NCBI GenBank assembly: GCA_009103225.1
Contig: RHPI01002990.1
Coordinates: 834,341 to 898,340 of the forward strand
DNA: 64,000 bases
Source of the DNA: Chlorokybus atmophyticus
Lineage: Eukaryota > Plantae > Mesostigma and Chlorokybus algae
Direction of reading: 5' to 3'
Shown here in pieces: positions 25,129 to 40,141 of the stretch. The translations under genes and the position numbers were made by a program. The notes beneath the pieces are model-generated. The model made no database searches, was not told the origin of the DNA, and saw nothing but the letters and a program-made list of their open reading frames with translations. The number at the start of each line of letters is the position of its first letter. The first letter of the stretch is position 1.

Positions 25129-25853
25129 CAAAGCTTTGTTGTTCTCTCTCTCTTTGTTAGTGTCTGATCGAGCAGTTCAGCACAAACAAAATCTGACAGT
25201 GTCTGACATCGTGCGAGAATGGGCCACCACCACGCACGCATGCACCAGCATTGCAACTGAATGGCTGGCTGATCTTGACTTCAATTGTTTTCTCTGGCTC
25301 TGGCTCCTGCTTGCCTTCCTCAACCCTCTAACTGTCAAGTACCCGCATACAGCACTGCGTCCTCTTATAGCCAGCTGTAATCAAACAGCCGCCTTTGCAT
25401 CAAAAGGCCACGACAGCGCCAGTGGTGGTACAACCTAGTGATGCCCGGATGCAGGTTCAGGCTCTGTCCACTGCTTGTTGCTTGCTTGGCAGCCAGCAAA
25501 GCCAAGTGCGATTCCGTAATACCTGTAGTACGGCGCGGCATCTCAAGTCAAAAACCTTATCGAATAGAAACTTGATACCCAACAAGACCGCTGTTTGCGT
25601 ACCAAAACCAAACGCCTTCCCAATTTCTAGACCAGCAGTAGAACGATCATGGCCTTGTGAATGACCAGTCATGCGCCACGAGCAACCCTGCAAGTCATGA
25701 TAGGCTGTCAACACATGCAGGAGAGATGTAGCTTGTATTGCCGTTAGCACTGCACACGGGCACAACACGAACCTATGCGATGGAGGCACTGTGGCAGCTT
25801 GTGCGTTGTATCACACAACAATTGCACTACGACTGCTCATCCTGGAGCCAGCC

Positions 25854-27731
25854 TCAGGTAGCAATGTCATAAGGGTTGTCAGCGACTTCAAACCCATAGT
25901 TCCAGAACAAATCAGCATTGCTATGGCACCCATAGCAAATTGTCAATGGCTCGCCAGGCGCAATCTCTCGCAGCGCTACAGCCTCCCAGGTGCCACTGAT
26001 CCTTCTTTTCACCTAAGAACACGCATAGTGCACAATTCAAACGCAAGTCAGCGCAACATACATATTATTCTTGAGCGCAAAATTGCAACTGGACACGAAA
26101 CAAGCTGACGGATACCTCCACGTTGGGTGCAAAGCTGTGGTTCATGCTGTCGATGACAGGAAGCAGAGCCTCAATGCTGTCGTCGAGACCAAACGCTCGT
26201 GAGCGCACAGCACACCAAGCCCATGACATCTCGGCAACTGTTGGGATCTCAAGTTGCAAAAAGAAAGGAGGTGTCCCAGGGGCTCTACAATGAGACCTCT
26301 CCATGAAATGTTGCAGAACCACATCGTCCTCACTCTCCTGCAAAAACGGTTTCACTGCATCAAGCTAGGTGCTTAGTGCGATAGGTGGTTGCTATTGTGC
26401 TCCAGTACGATGATGGACAATTAGAGTAGAAATTCAGACTCGCAAAGGCCACAATGGATATACAATACCACAGAGACAGCTACGTGCGAGAGAGGGACTA
26501 GCAGCCAGTATGTTAATAAGGTGAGTCCAGCTCGCACTCACCATGACTGCAGGAAAGTCTTCTGGCAATAGCTGTAGATAAGGGAGCCAAAATGAAAAAG
26601 GGTTGCCGCGCTCGACTAACAGGTAGCATGCAAGCTTCAGACTTGGCTGGTACTCTGGCTCAATAGGCTCGAGCGCTTGAATCAGTGACGCCCCTCGCTC
26701 GCGGCTGGCAACTGGTGATGACAATGTCCATGACTCCTCAGAGAATGCCAGCTCGCGAGGCAAGCGCAAAAGTACCTGCCATGGTGCATAGCAGCATTGG
26801 CGCCATGCACAAGCACTGCACGACCACTCCCTCTTGTCAGCCAATGCATTTTGTGACTGATCAGTGCTGTAAGAGCTCTCTGATCAGACACTACAGCTGC
26901 AGTATAGAGTGAATCCCCTTGTCGTGTGTATGCGTTCTGCAACTTGTTTCAATGTGATGTTACAGGCATCACAGCCTTCCATCAGTTCCGTTAGCTTGCA
27001 TATATCGTCAGGATGAAAAACAAAATGACACTATACTCAGCAGACCTGAGTAGTGAAAGGAGACTGCAATGCAAGTGGATCACTGCCTACGTCAAGTTGC
27101 TTGCCAACATGCATGCATGCTGAAGCAGGACTGTCTGGTGTCAACTTGCAAGCGCTGAACTCAAACATGATGAATATGTGTGCTGCAACGCAACGCAACG
27201 CAAGTGCGCAGGGGCACACTGTGCTGCACAGCCTACTCACTGCGCCCTCACGAGAAATGCACACAACATAAACATGACACTAATGCCAGCTTGAACAGCC
27301 TGAGCTTGACGTACGCAATCAACCACTTTGAGTGCTGCATTGCAATCACAGACGACTTGAGGGCACAGCTGTTGACTAGCTGACCGACGCCAGAATACAA
27401 GCTAGTGAGGTTGCACAAATGTACTGGAAGAACATGCTAACGCATGTACCTCTCCTTCGTAGGCATGCGGCGGTGCAAGCGTAAGCCCACGCCCCAGGCC
27501 AGGTCCAGCAGGCCCGAGCAGGACACGGTTGCCGCCCCGCCCTCCGCCATCGTCCAGCCAGCGCAGGAGCCGCTGGTCAGCACTGCTGCCGGAGACAGAA
27601 GCTGCTGCTGAGCGAGCGCAGCTCCACGCCACTCGCCGCCGCTCCAAGCCCCTCACCGCCCAAACCCGTGACGCCACCACCCTGCATGTTGCCGTCCTCA
27701 AACCTCCGCTCAACACCACCGCCGCCGACAT
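25854..27731 (-). CDS. SET-domain lysine methyltransferase (Rubisco LSMT/SETD3-like), probably organelle-targeted; ends just after the SET domain
   Basis: GLGRGL (motif I), VLLRLPRELAF, LLVERGNPFSFWLPYLQLLP, WAWCAVRSRAF, ALLPVIDSMNH, REIAPGEPLTICYG..SNADLFWNYGFEVADNPYD. One internal junction (~26360-26540) is unresolved. Confidence 0.75.
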
Positions 27732-27932
27732 CAACGCTTGCCGCAGCTCAATTGAAGCAGATAGTCTAGAGTTTTGGAGCGGCGGCGGCGGCGGCGGCGG
27801 TTGAGGCCAAGGCGGACCCGGAGGTGGGGGTGGAGGTGGGGAGGTGGGGGTTAGCGGCAGGAGGAGGAGGGTTTGCTGCGGGAAGTCTGTGAGCAAATTC
27901 CCTCTGGTAGTGTTGAGGTCTGGTTGTGCAAG

Positions 27933-30900
27933 ATGGCGGACACGGTGCAGCTCATGCTAGAGGAGATGGTTCCCGAGCTAGAGGACTTAGAAAAGCGGGG
28001 CTTATTCACAAGGTGCGTTGCAACGTGTGTGGAGATTAACGCCGAAATGTGTGAAACAAACATGGAGCATGCACTTCAACTGGCAACTGATGGCATGTAT
28101 TTACTGCATACCTGTGCGTTTTGCATAGGCATGCATGTTTGCTGAGATTGCGCATCTATGGCCGCAATGCGGCACTGCGACGGATTTATATTCTAAATGG
28201 GTTTACTGGTATTGGCGTTTGCCCTGTACATAGTTATCGTTACTCAGGTAATAGTGTTGCCTCCGCCTACTGCATGCTGTCAATTGTTTTGCGTACAAGG
28301 GCATTGTACGTCTTGTGTGTTTTGTGTCAGACAACTCGACTCGCTGCCATGGTAACCGTTCAGCTTTCAGCATATGAGTGCCATGCCAAAGCAGCAAACA
28401 TGCGCGTAGTAGTATTGCAGTGCTTGACAGCATCTGCTTGCAGAAAGGAGCTTAAGGAGATTATCCACCAGCGCCGCGATCATGAGTACCATCTGAAAAG
28501 GCGTGCTGCGCTGCGCAAGGACTTTGTCCGCTACATTGACTACGAAATTAAGCTGAATCAGCTGCGGCTACTGCGCAAGAAGGTTGTTCACATGCACGAT
28601 AGTACGACACTAGTTATCATGCACAAGGTTGACTTTACGATGCTCATGTTGGCTTATATGTCAGCCAGGCTATCGGTGGAGCTGAGGCAGTTGAGCAAGG
28701 CACCGCTGACCATGCGGCTGTGAAACGCATACACTACATTTTTGAACGCACGCTGCGCAAGTTCAAAGGAGACTTGTCGCTGTGGCTTAAGTACTTTGCA
28801 TTCTGCAAAAGCCATGACGGCAACCGGCAAGTGGCAAATCTTACCATGCTTGTTGTGTATATATGTACCTGTCATACTGCTTGATGTGATGTGCTGTTTC
28901 TTGCAGGGCATTGCAGAAGGCCACGACAAAGGCGCTGCGGCTGCATCCGACTGTGCCCGGCCTGTGGGTTTACGCTGCGCAGTGGGAATTTGAGCACAAC
29001 GCTAACATAAAGGCTGCGCGCGCGTTGATGCAGCGAGGCCTGCGAATGTGTCCCAAGGTAACAACAATGCACTTGCACACCTTACACACCTTCGCAGCTT
29101 CAATACTTCCAAGCGACTCCTCACTGATTGCTTGTTGTCTCACCAGAGTGAGACGCTTTGGCACGAGTATTTTCGCATGGAGCTGCTGTACCTCCAGAAG
29201 CTACGAACTCGTCGCGCTGTTCTGGGTGTTGATAACAGTAACAGTAATGGGGATGCCGATGCGGGTGAACCGGAACTTGCCATTGCGGTAGCTGTCGCAA
29301 CAGCCATATACAGAAACGCCATAGCTGCTGTCCCGGATTCATTGGCGTTCAGAGTCAAGTTCCTTGAACTACTTCAACCCTTCAACGGCACCCAGAGCGT
29401 CGCCGATGGGGTGTATGACAGCCTTGCAGCTGACTTTAGCCGAGACGAGCAGGCCTGGGATTGCCGAGCCAGGCGTTACATCCAACCCGGCAGCACTATC
29501 AATGGCAAAGCTCTCAAACCTAAGAAAGCCCTAGCACTCGCTGTGAAGGTGAGACACATGCCATTGACTATGTGTGATGTTCATTGTCTTTTGCGTCAGC
29601 AGGGAGGGGACTTATTCACATGGAGCTCTTGTTGTTGCAGGTGTATGAAGAATCCTTGGTAGAAGTGGGCTCTGCGCGCATGTTTGAGCTGTACGTGCAG
29701 TTTCTTCAGGAACTGTTGCCAGCGAGGCAGCTTGATGGTGGCAGCGCTCAACCCGCACTGCAGCGTTCTCTCCTACACGACTTGTTGCTGGACGTGTTGT
29801 CGCGCGCTTCGCAAGCCAACATACACTCCCACTTTCTCCTACAGACCCGTGTTAATCTATTGAAACAGCTGCAGAGGCCAGCCTATGCTCTTGATGTGTT
29901 GCGGACAGCATGCTCGCAGCAGCCAGCAGATGCCAGGGTTTGGATACTAAGGCTGGAGTTGGAGGGTGAACAGCTTCCTTCAGCTGTGATAAATGCTACG
30001 GTTGTAGCCAAGTTGTTCACAGAGGCTTTGAGGGCTGTTGCAGCCAGCGATGCTTCACATATATGGTCCCAAGTGAGTCAATTGGCAGTCTACACGCACT
30101 GTTCGTGGCTGATGTGGCATTTGTCTATTGCTACTTTGCTTAGGCTTCCCTTCTTGTTCATGTGTGCATGCTCCTTGGTGTGCTACTGCCGTCTCCTTGC
30201 TGCCAACTAACCGACACTGGGACCTTTGCAGGCAATCAAGTTCTACAAGCAGCATGAGCAGCCGCTCGACAACTTAGCACCTACTGTGGAGCGCGGGCTG
30301 GCCGCAGGTCCTTCAGGAAGACATGATGAAATAGCAACTACATTCTTGCAAGGTTTCGCGGATGCAAACGGCGTTGAGTCGACACGGATGTTGTACAGCA
30401 GGTGCTGTACCTCAGCGTGCTTATTGGCCTGCTTTGGAGTACGTCACTATAAGCGGGACTTATGAGTGACGGGCTTTGGCGCACTGCTTTCTGTATGTCC
30501 TACAAGAAGCAATCATCATGGCGACTAGTGCCGAGTTGCTTTTGAGCCTGGTGCATGTCTGAACATGATTTATGCGTGCAGGTTATTGGCGCTTCCTGGA
30601 GCCGGAGTGTCTCTATACCGATGGTGCATACAGTTTGAGAACACGCATGCAGATCCTGGTACCGAGAGTAGAGTGCTGCGGTTGTTCGACAGCGCAGCCG
30701 ATCGCTTTGGCGCTTCAGACTCGGAGCTGTGGCTGGACTTCTGCCGTTGGCAACTCTCAGTAAGTATAAGAGTTAACCGATTGCATCTGAGCTGATATGA
30801 ATCCATGTTACCAACACTTTAAGCATGGACGCAGTTGACACATATGCTTTTGCAGGTTGGGCGTCCCAACGGCGCAGGTGAGGTGTATTGGAGGGCAATG

Positions 30901-30966
30901 AAGGCTTTGTTGGACCCCAAGCACTTTGTTGAGCAGTATCACATGCTGCAAGGGTTATCAGCGTAG
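27933..30966 (+). CDS. UTP6: U3 snoRNA-associated protein 6 (HAT-repeat SSU processome factor)
   Basis: MADTVQLMLEEMVPELEDLEKRGLFT; KEIIHQRRDHEYHLKRR..LRKDFVRYIDYEIKL; ALRLHPTVPGLWVYAAQWEFEHNANIKAARALMQRGLR; LWHEYFRMEL; C-terminal GEVYWRAMKAL. GC-AG intron at 28827-28906. Confidence 0.95.
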
Positions 30967-33443
30967 TGCCACCATGTACAAGAACCATGTGCATGCCAAG
31001 CTAGATAATGCTGCCAAGGAGCGGGCATGCTGTTCGCATGCCTTGCGGCTTTTCGGTTGATCTTTTGGAAAGGTGTGCAATGTTCATTGTCTGTTATGTA
31101 TCTGCACATGATTGCACTGTAAATTGTTGGTATGGATGCGAGATTGCAATTGCTTTGATTGGGCGTCAGACTAAGCCATTTCGCAACAGCCAGCTGAGCT
31201 GGCAGCTAGCGTGCAGCTGGCGCTGTGCCAGACGCGTGACATTGTGATGTTCGAGAGTCACAAGACTGCACATCTGATTGAGATGTCTGCCATTATTGCA
31301 TCCTTTGGGTGTGCATGTGCAAAGCCAGTCAACCAACCACCAACAGCAGTAGCAAACATCCCACCCATGAAGGAGAGTCTATTCTGCGGCGCGCAGGGTA
31401 GACGGGGTGTTGGGTAGACAGGGTGTTGGGCGAATGGGGGGTTTGCAGTGTTTGTACAATGCAGCAAACGGCAGAAGGGTAAAGGAAAGCACTGAACCCC
31501 TCAGCGCTATGCTGGGCAGATGTAGTGGCAAGGGGAAGCGAAGGCAACGGTTCACCTGCCTCGCAAGCGCCCAGCCAATGCCAAGGGGCCAAAGCTGCTG
31601 GGGCCGCCATGTGCTGCAATATACCGCCAGTGCCGTTAGGAATGCTGCAATCGGTTCAGCGCAGACATCACCGCTGCTGTGCAGGTCTCTTGCCTGTCTG
31701 CCTGCGCTGCCTTCTTGCTATGGTCGAACGGTCGGGTCTAGCTGGTCTAGCTGTCTTAGGCGTTGACGCGCTGGTCTGGGCTCTTAGCACACTTGTTGAT
31801 ATCTGCCTTGCTGATATCGCTGTGGTGTGTGTGCGTTTCGTGGCACATTGCATGTTGCATTCTTCAGCATCCATCCAGTATACTGGCACAAGAAGGCAAT
31901 GCCAGTGAGAGGGCTATATGCAGAGGGGAAAGTGAGTAAGGCGCCCCTGTTGGTTGTGGGGAGGCGAAAAGGAGCGTAAGGGGACACAAGAGAAGTGCCG
32001 TGCTACTTCAGTATAACCGCGACACCCCCGCCGCCGACGCCGCCCACGCTGCCGCCATTGAGGGGTACTCCGAACGCAAATTTGAACATTCAAAATCTGC
32101 AGACTGAATGCACCTCAATTCCGATCACTCAACCCCGTTCTGGTCCCGTCACTGATTCGAAAGAGCGCATGTGACGCGAACACACAAACAGACGTGTTTG
32201 CATACCGTCGATGTCAATAACGTCATTCAACGAACACTACGGCCCGCTCCATTTCCACACAAGGTTCCGAGTCACCTAACGTAACTCTTGCTGCTAACGT
32301 GCAGGCGTACTGTCTCCATTGAGCACGGTCAGCGCAGCACAGGACTGCACTGTTCAAGTGGCACAGCCTCAGTGGTGGCGTAGCCGCCGCCGCAGTAGGC
32401 CGTGGAGCTTGCGCTTTGCGGCTGTAGGAGGACGACAAGGAGGACGAGGAGGATGAGGAGAAGATCGAGGAGAAGATCAGGTAGGCAGCTTTAGGGTGGC
32501 GGGATGGAGGGCGATGGACTGGTAAAGCTGAGGTGAGTGTGCTGTGCTGGTTGGAGCAGCCAGGCAGGCAGCTAGCCTGCCGCGGGTTTTGCTTTCGACA
32601 TTTAATGCGTGCAAGCTATTCATCAATTGTTGTCGTCTTTGCGCATATGCTGCTGAAACATATTTTAGATGAACATGGCACGGCGGGGGACACATTAGCA
32701 ACAAGCGGTTTGGATCTGGGTCTGTTGTGAGAAGCACATCCCAAATGCGCTTAGTCCAGCATAAAACCCCAATTTATACCCTACATGCGTAGCTTTGTGT
32801 GACAGACTGCTCACAACGGACTGAATTGTCAAGTAGTAGTTGTGTGAGATCATAAGCTACTTACGCTTTCCAGTCGTGCTACCACAAGCATACAAGCATG
32901 TTGTGATGCTTGATATCATATGAACTTAGCATGTTTGGGCTGCAGTGTGCCTCTATTACTGCAGAGCGTGAATTGGATTTGTCTTCAACTTACTTAAAGT
33001 AGGCTGAGCTGCTTGTGCTCCTATCAATATCAATCCAATACTGTCGTTGGCACGCAAAACTTGTACGTCAATTCATGTTTATCTAGTGTGTTGAGCCCCA
33101 ATGCTCGCAACAATTTGGGGTGGGTGATTGCACGCAGCAGCAACATATATGATTGTGTGTAGCAGTGCTAACCAGATTTATTGCCTGCCAATGCAGCAGG
33201 CTGCAGCGCTAGATGAACAGGTGACGCTGATGATGGCAGCGCCATCCATGCGTAGCAATTGCTTACGATAATGGTGCAAGAGCTGCTGCCGCGCCTGAGT
33301 TTCGCAGCTTTGAACGCTGCAGACCACCATCACGATGGCGAAGACACACTGTGAGTGACTGTAATCTACTACCACTCATTGTATAAATCCATCCACTGAG
33401 ATTTATGCGTTTAGATGCACTGACACTTGAATGTTACTCACAG

Positions 33444-36400
33444 CAGCCAGCGTCAGTTTCAATCTGAACGCGCTTCGTGGCTATCTTCGCCATCGGAGCC
33501 GACTGCGGAGTCACAGCTGCAAGCAGCAGCGCAAACTGCTCGTCCTGCGGGACTCCAGCAGCGGCGCACCAGCATTGAGAGCCACTTTCGGAAGGCCCTT
33601 GCGCTGGTATAAGAAGCAACTACACACAGACAAAGTCGATCTCTCACAATAGTGTGTGAGTGTAAAGCTATACCGCTTTCATTGCTGCGCAGGTGCACTC
33701 TGCCTCTGCCTTTCAGAACTCGCCGGGAGCTGAGCTAAGGAGGCTGTGTAAAGACAATCTTGAACTCTATGCGGAGCTTTCATACCTACAAAAGGTCAGA
33801 GGCTTGTCACGTCCCTTGTATATGTGTGTGTGCGTGCGTGCGCATGTGGGCATGCATGCATACATGCGGCTTCAAAGTGGGTTTGAATGCTTGCATACTG
33901 CGGATGCTTTGCGCAGACTTCTCGGCCGGGAGATCCGTTTGTGGCGAAAGTGGCCGAGCTTGAGGCGCTCAACGTGCAGCTGCGCAAGAAGCTAAGCGAA
34001 GCCCATGTGCTGGTTGGCAGCAGAGAGCGGGAGCTCGTCGACCTTAACGACCGATCTCAAACGCTTCCAACGGTGAGAGACAAGTTGTGTATGCCGTGGG
34101 TCAATATATGTATGTATGTTGCACCTTTCTACAACAGTTGCTACCAATTGATCAACTTGTTTGTCATGGCTGGTTATTGGATACAACAACAACAAGCACT
34201 CTCAATGCTGCTTGATATAAAAAGTGGAAGGTGTCTCCCAATGGCGGTGGTATGGTGTTAAACACCACATCACGAACGGATAGGGTGCAGAGTTGTGTTG
34301 AGCATCTGTTGGCACACAGCAAGAGTAAGTCATAGGATGGCGACTGATACACACATCCGTGTTGTGTTTTGCAGGAGGGCGAGTCAGCTACAGAGAAAGC
34401 AACGCAGAGCAGCAAAGCCGATAATGGTCAGTATGATATGCAGGTCGACATCAGATGCATGCATGTGTACAAGCCGCTTAACACTTGTCGTTCTCGGCAG
34501 CTGCTGACTTGGGACGGTTGCAAGAATTGTACCCTCGCGTCAATACAGCTGAGGCAATTGGCTCTTTCGCTCATTGACATTGCGATTGTCTTGCGACCGA
34601 TTGTCACTCTGTCTCACCATTATAAGTGGATAATTGTAACTGTGCGCAGGAGGAGTCCTTACTTGTGGAGCAAGATGTGGTCATGCACAAGCGCATGTTG
34701 TACCGCTTGACGGTGAGTTCCATCGGTATGTGTGAATGAAACAACAACGAATAAGTCTTGCATGGCGGGATCCCGCATGGCAGGCAACATAGTATGCTGA
34801 TTTGCTTGCATATGTGCCTACAGGAATACAAGGCCAAAGCTGTGGCTTCGATGCAACGACTGCAGTCGCACGTGTCGAGCATAACAACTCGTATAGCTGG
34901 CGCAGAGGGTAGCATTCGACAATGCGAGCAAGTGGAACTCAACACGCAGGTGTGGGCTTGTGAACATGTTGCGCACATCACGCCACAACTTGCAGACTTA
35001 CGTGTATCTTGCCATTGTTGGTGCAGAACGCTATGGTTGCATTGAGACAACACATCACAGAGTTGAAAGACGCGAAGCAGAGGATGGCAGAAACCGGACA
35101 GCACCAAGCACTAGTCTTGAAAGAGGTGCCTGCCTTCAATCCATCTGTAGTCTAACTTACGTCACAAGCTTTGCATGAACATCTCTCCTTTGCCTCAGCT
35201 GGAAGATTACAACTTGCAACGCGAGCAGCAGCGTGGAGAACTGCGGTGCCAATCGCCCTCTTTGAATGCAGTGAGTGACCTTTCAGTGCCACACGCAATT
35301 GATTCAGATGCTTTCTTCTGTCTCACCAATTGGCCCAACCTGTCCTCGCAGTTGCAACACCGTCAGTTGCATCAGACCAAGCGCATAGTCGTGACGACCT
35401 TGCGGACGGAAGCGGACAAGGCCAAACGTGCTGCTGTCGGACCCGTGAACGGGACTGATGAGATGAAGCAACAGCTTGCCATGGTAGCCTTATTGGTACG
35501 TGATTCGTCATTGAATGTGCGTTGAGCCATCAGCACATCCGAGTGGCTGATTGCATACACATACGCGTGCATGTGCGCAAACATGCACACATGCACAAAC
35601 ACAAAAGCATGCAACCGTGCATGTGTGCGCGTACACACATGCACGCACATGCACACACGTAAACCCCCACCCACACCCAAACCCAAGTTCTCTCCTGTAC
35701 GCACGCACACACGCACGTACACACACACACACACACACACTGCGATGACAGAACGCCAAGGCGGATGTGGAGGCTTTGAGGGACAAGCGTACGCACGAGC
35801 GCGATGTGCTAAAGGCTCAGCTCCAGTCCATTTCTCTGATGGGCATGATGGGAGCTGACTTCCTTAATGGGAGAGCTCCGCTCATCCAAACAGAACAAAG
35901 GTTGGTAACATTTACGTTGTCTTGACCACAGCATATATAAGCATGTGCATAAGGCAACCCTGGACGTTGAGCACTGAGAACGGCGGCGTGCAGGTTGGCT
36001 GAGGCTGAGGGCAGTGCTGAGTCAGTCAGGCAGCAACTTGCACGCACCCTTTTGCGTGTTTCAGAAGTTCAATTCTGCCTGGAAGCCATTCGCCACCGCG
36101 TCGACCTCCTGCCACTACCTCCAAAGGTAGACACTGAGTTCTTTGCAACAACACACGGTCACGTTGTGACCATGTCGGCGTGTGGTCTACTGACTGTTAT
36201 TGACTCGTTTGGCAGCCCAAGCCTGAGGTTGTGCAGCCGCTGTTGTCGCCCTCCATGCTGGCCAAGCTACCGCATGTACGTTTCAGCAAGTGCTTCCTGG
36301 TGTAGTTGCTTGCAACATGCATTGCTCATGCAGAAAGCCGTTTGTGCTTGCAGGCGAAAGAGAGAGAGAAGTTGTTGGCTGCTGCGAAAGAAGCGGAAGA

Positions 36401-37502
36401 ACCGTCCCCACCAAAGGAGCCGGTCATCGAGAGTATGGAGCACGTGCAGGACGTTCTCAGCAGGGTCAGTGCTTGTGCCCATTGCCCTCAGGGGTGTTCT
36501 ATGCAACTGTTTTATAGTCCCCAACAAGGTTTCTCAACAGTGGCTTTGCACCACAGGTAATGGACATGTTGCAAGATAAGGAAGTTGTCCGCCGTCCATC
36601 TCCGGTAAGGGAGCCCCATAGTAAAGTTGCGGAGTCCCACAGCAAACTTGCACTCCTCGTGCCGCCCCGTACTCCCGACCCTGTAAGCACGCTTATTACA
36701 ACTTGTCATCTGAATGTGCGGTACCAGCCTGCACGCACGCGCAGAAACATGAGTGCACACAGTATCTCTATTCCTAAGCGCGAGCTTACCCTCAAGCAGG
36801 TGACCAGCCCTGTGAGCCCATACAACTGTCGCGTGCGAGACTCAAAGTCTGCAGAGACCACAACGGCAGGTCAGCAAGCACAATGCTGCTTGTGCACCTT
36901 GCTTGCTGTAGACTCGTTCCACCATCACAGCGCGATGATCATCTTCAGCATGAGCACTTACAACTCCTTTCTTGATAGATGTGGACGACGAGGACGTGGC
37001 AACCTTTGCGCTTCGCAGTCCTGCATTCCAGCGATACATCCAGATTGCTGGTACACTTCACTTGTGCACTTGAACAAGAGATCATCATCAAGCTCAGCAT
37101 GTCAGTACACACTGCCACAACTCACGCACTCCATATACTCCTTATGTAGGTTCGCACGCGCGGGCCAAGCAGGAGAAGTCCCTCCGCACTCCCGACTTCC
37201 GCCGTCACCGTCCCAGCAGCAAGCAGCATTCCCCTAGCAGCAGCAGCGCCGCCAAGCGCAGCACTATCTTGGGCATCACCACTTCACCCGGCCGCGCGCG
37301 CTACAACAAGCAGCCTTCAGGACTTCACGACAGGTCCGTCTCGCTCATGTGGACGCAGAGGGGATCTACCTCCTACGAGGCGTTTGGGCCCTCAGGACCG
37401 AGAACGCCGGTCGGGAGAGGGGGTAGTGTTGTTGTGGGGGTGAAGGGAGTGAAGCAGACGCCGGAGTTTCACTTGCTGAGTGGGAGTGGTCCTGCTGACT
37501 GA
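33444..37502 (+). CDS. Long multi-exon coiled-coil protein of unknown function; 5' end unresolved
   Basis: More than 14 GT-AG bounded exons with heptad-rich translations (VAELEALNVQLRKKLSEA; NAMVALRQHITELKDAKQRM; LEDYNLQREQQRGELR; NAKADVEALRDKRTHERD) and an S/P/R-rich tail. A tentative acidic exon at 32428-32480 is phase-compatible. Confidence 0.7.
35563..35740. repeat. Intronic CA/GCAC alternating purine-pyrimidine low-complexity tract
   Basis: acacatgcacac...cacacacacacac lies between two exons of the coiled-coil gene. Confidence 0.8.
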
Positions 37503-37924
37503 GGGTGTGCAGCAGATGTTGTGTGTGCAAGTTTTTAGGCTCCTGTTGCGGTACACAACTGGTATAGGTAGGGTTAGCCTATAGGTTGTTGACGCCAGCG
37601 CTTGGCGTTGCTGCCAATTCATCCATTGGTGCCCTCACAACCGCACGGCTTGGTTGTATGCACCCTTGAATGCTGTGTGCACTGCAACTATGACTGATAC
37701 ACAGCCGTACAGACGCTCGCAAGGCAAGCACAAGAGCTGAAAGTCAAACGTGCTTGCTTAATGGATGGACAAAGCATCATATTGCAAAGCCTAGCATTAG
37801 CAGCCATGCTGCATTCTCCGCCATGCAAACTTCGAGGCGATTTGTATAAAGCTTCCCCTAGCCTGATGCAAGTCTGCACTGTACGATAGTGCTACCATAG
37901 TAAGGGCTGATGCGTTGCGCTTAT

Positions 37925-39461
<1,537 letters not shown>

Positions 39462-40141
39462 NCCCTCTGTCTCTATATGTATTGTATGTGTGGATGTATG
39501 TGCGGAGGTGACCCTTGGTTTGTTGATTACTTACTGTTCTCTTTCTTGCTGGCTTCGGTTCCTGATCTACTTTTCTGTGATTGAGCTCTTTTTAACTCGT
39601 TCCCATGCTGAATTTTCTCGCCAGTCCCATCACTCACGGGTACTGTTTTCCCAGTCACTGAAAAAACATGGGGGTGTTGCAGATGCAACTGTGCAGCACA
39701 GGCGCGTGGCGTATGTCACAGGGCGCAGTCACTCTTGTCTAATGCACATGGCTACCTTTGCGTTGTTAAGTTGGTAACAGCCATACAGCCTGTGTGAATG
39801 ACGCGGCCATGACTCAGGAGCAGGCATTACCGCAGCCTGCGCGTGCAGAGCACAGTGACTGTACAGGTTGGTGTGGTGGTAGCTATGCATACAGCAGGGC
39901 AGAGAGGTGGCAGGGTGTACTGTACCAACAATGCGGAACGGAAATGCACACGCATAGTGGCATGCACCGTCAGCAGTGCGTATTGTGCTACAACGAGACT
40001 GTGTGAGTGTGCGAGTGAGCCAGGGTGAGAGAAAGTTGAGAAAGAGGTTTGTGCTGGTATCATGCCCTCACCCAGGGCACACAGGATGAACTCTCAACAG
40101 GTGCACAGCTACGCTGAGATGAGCATGGGCGAGATGAAGGT

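Noticed and set aside
31008-32100. Several short ORFs and possible minus-strand mini-exons between UTP6 and the coiled-coil gene
   Set aside because: No coherent, phase-compatible gene model or recognisable motif.
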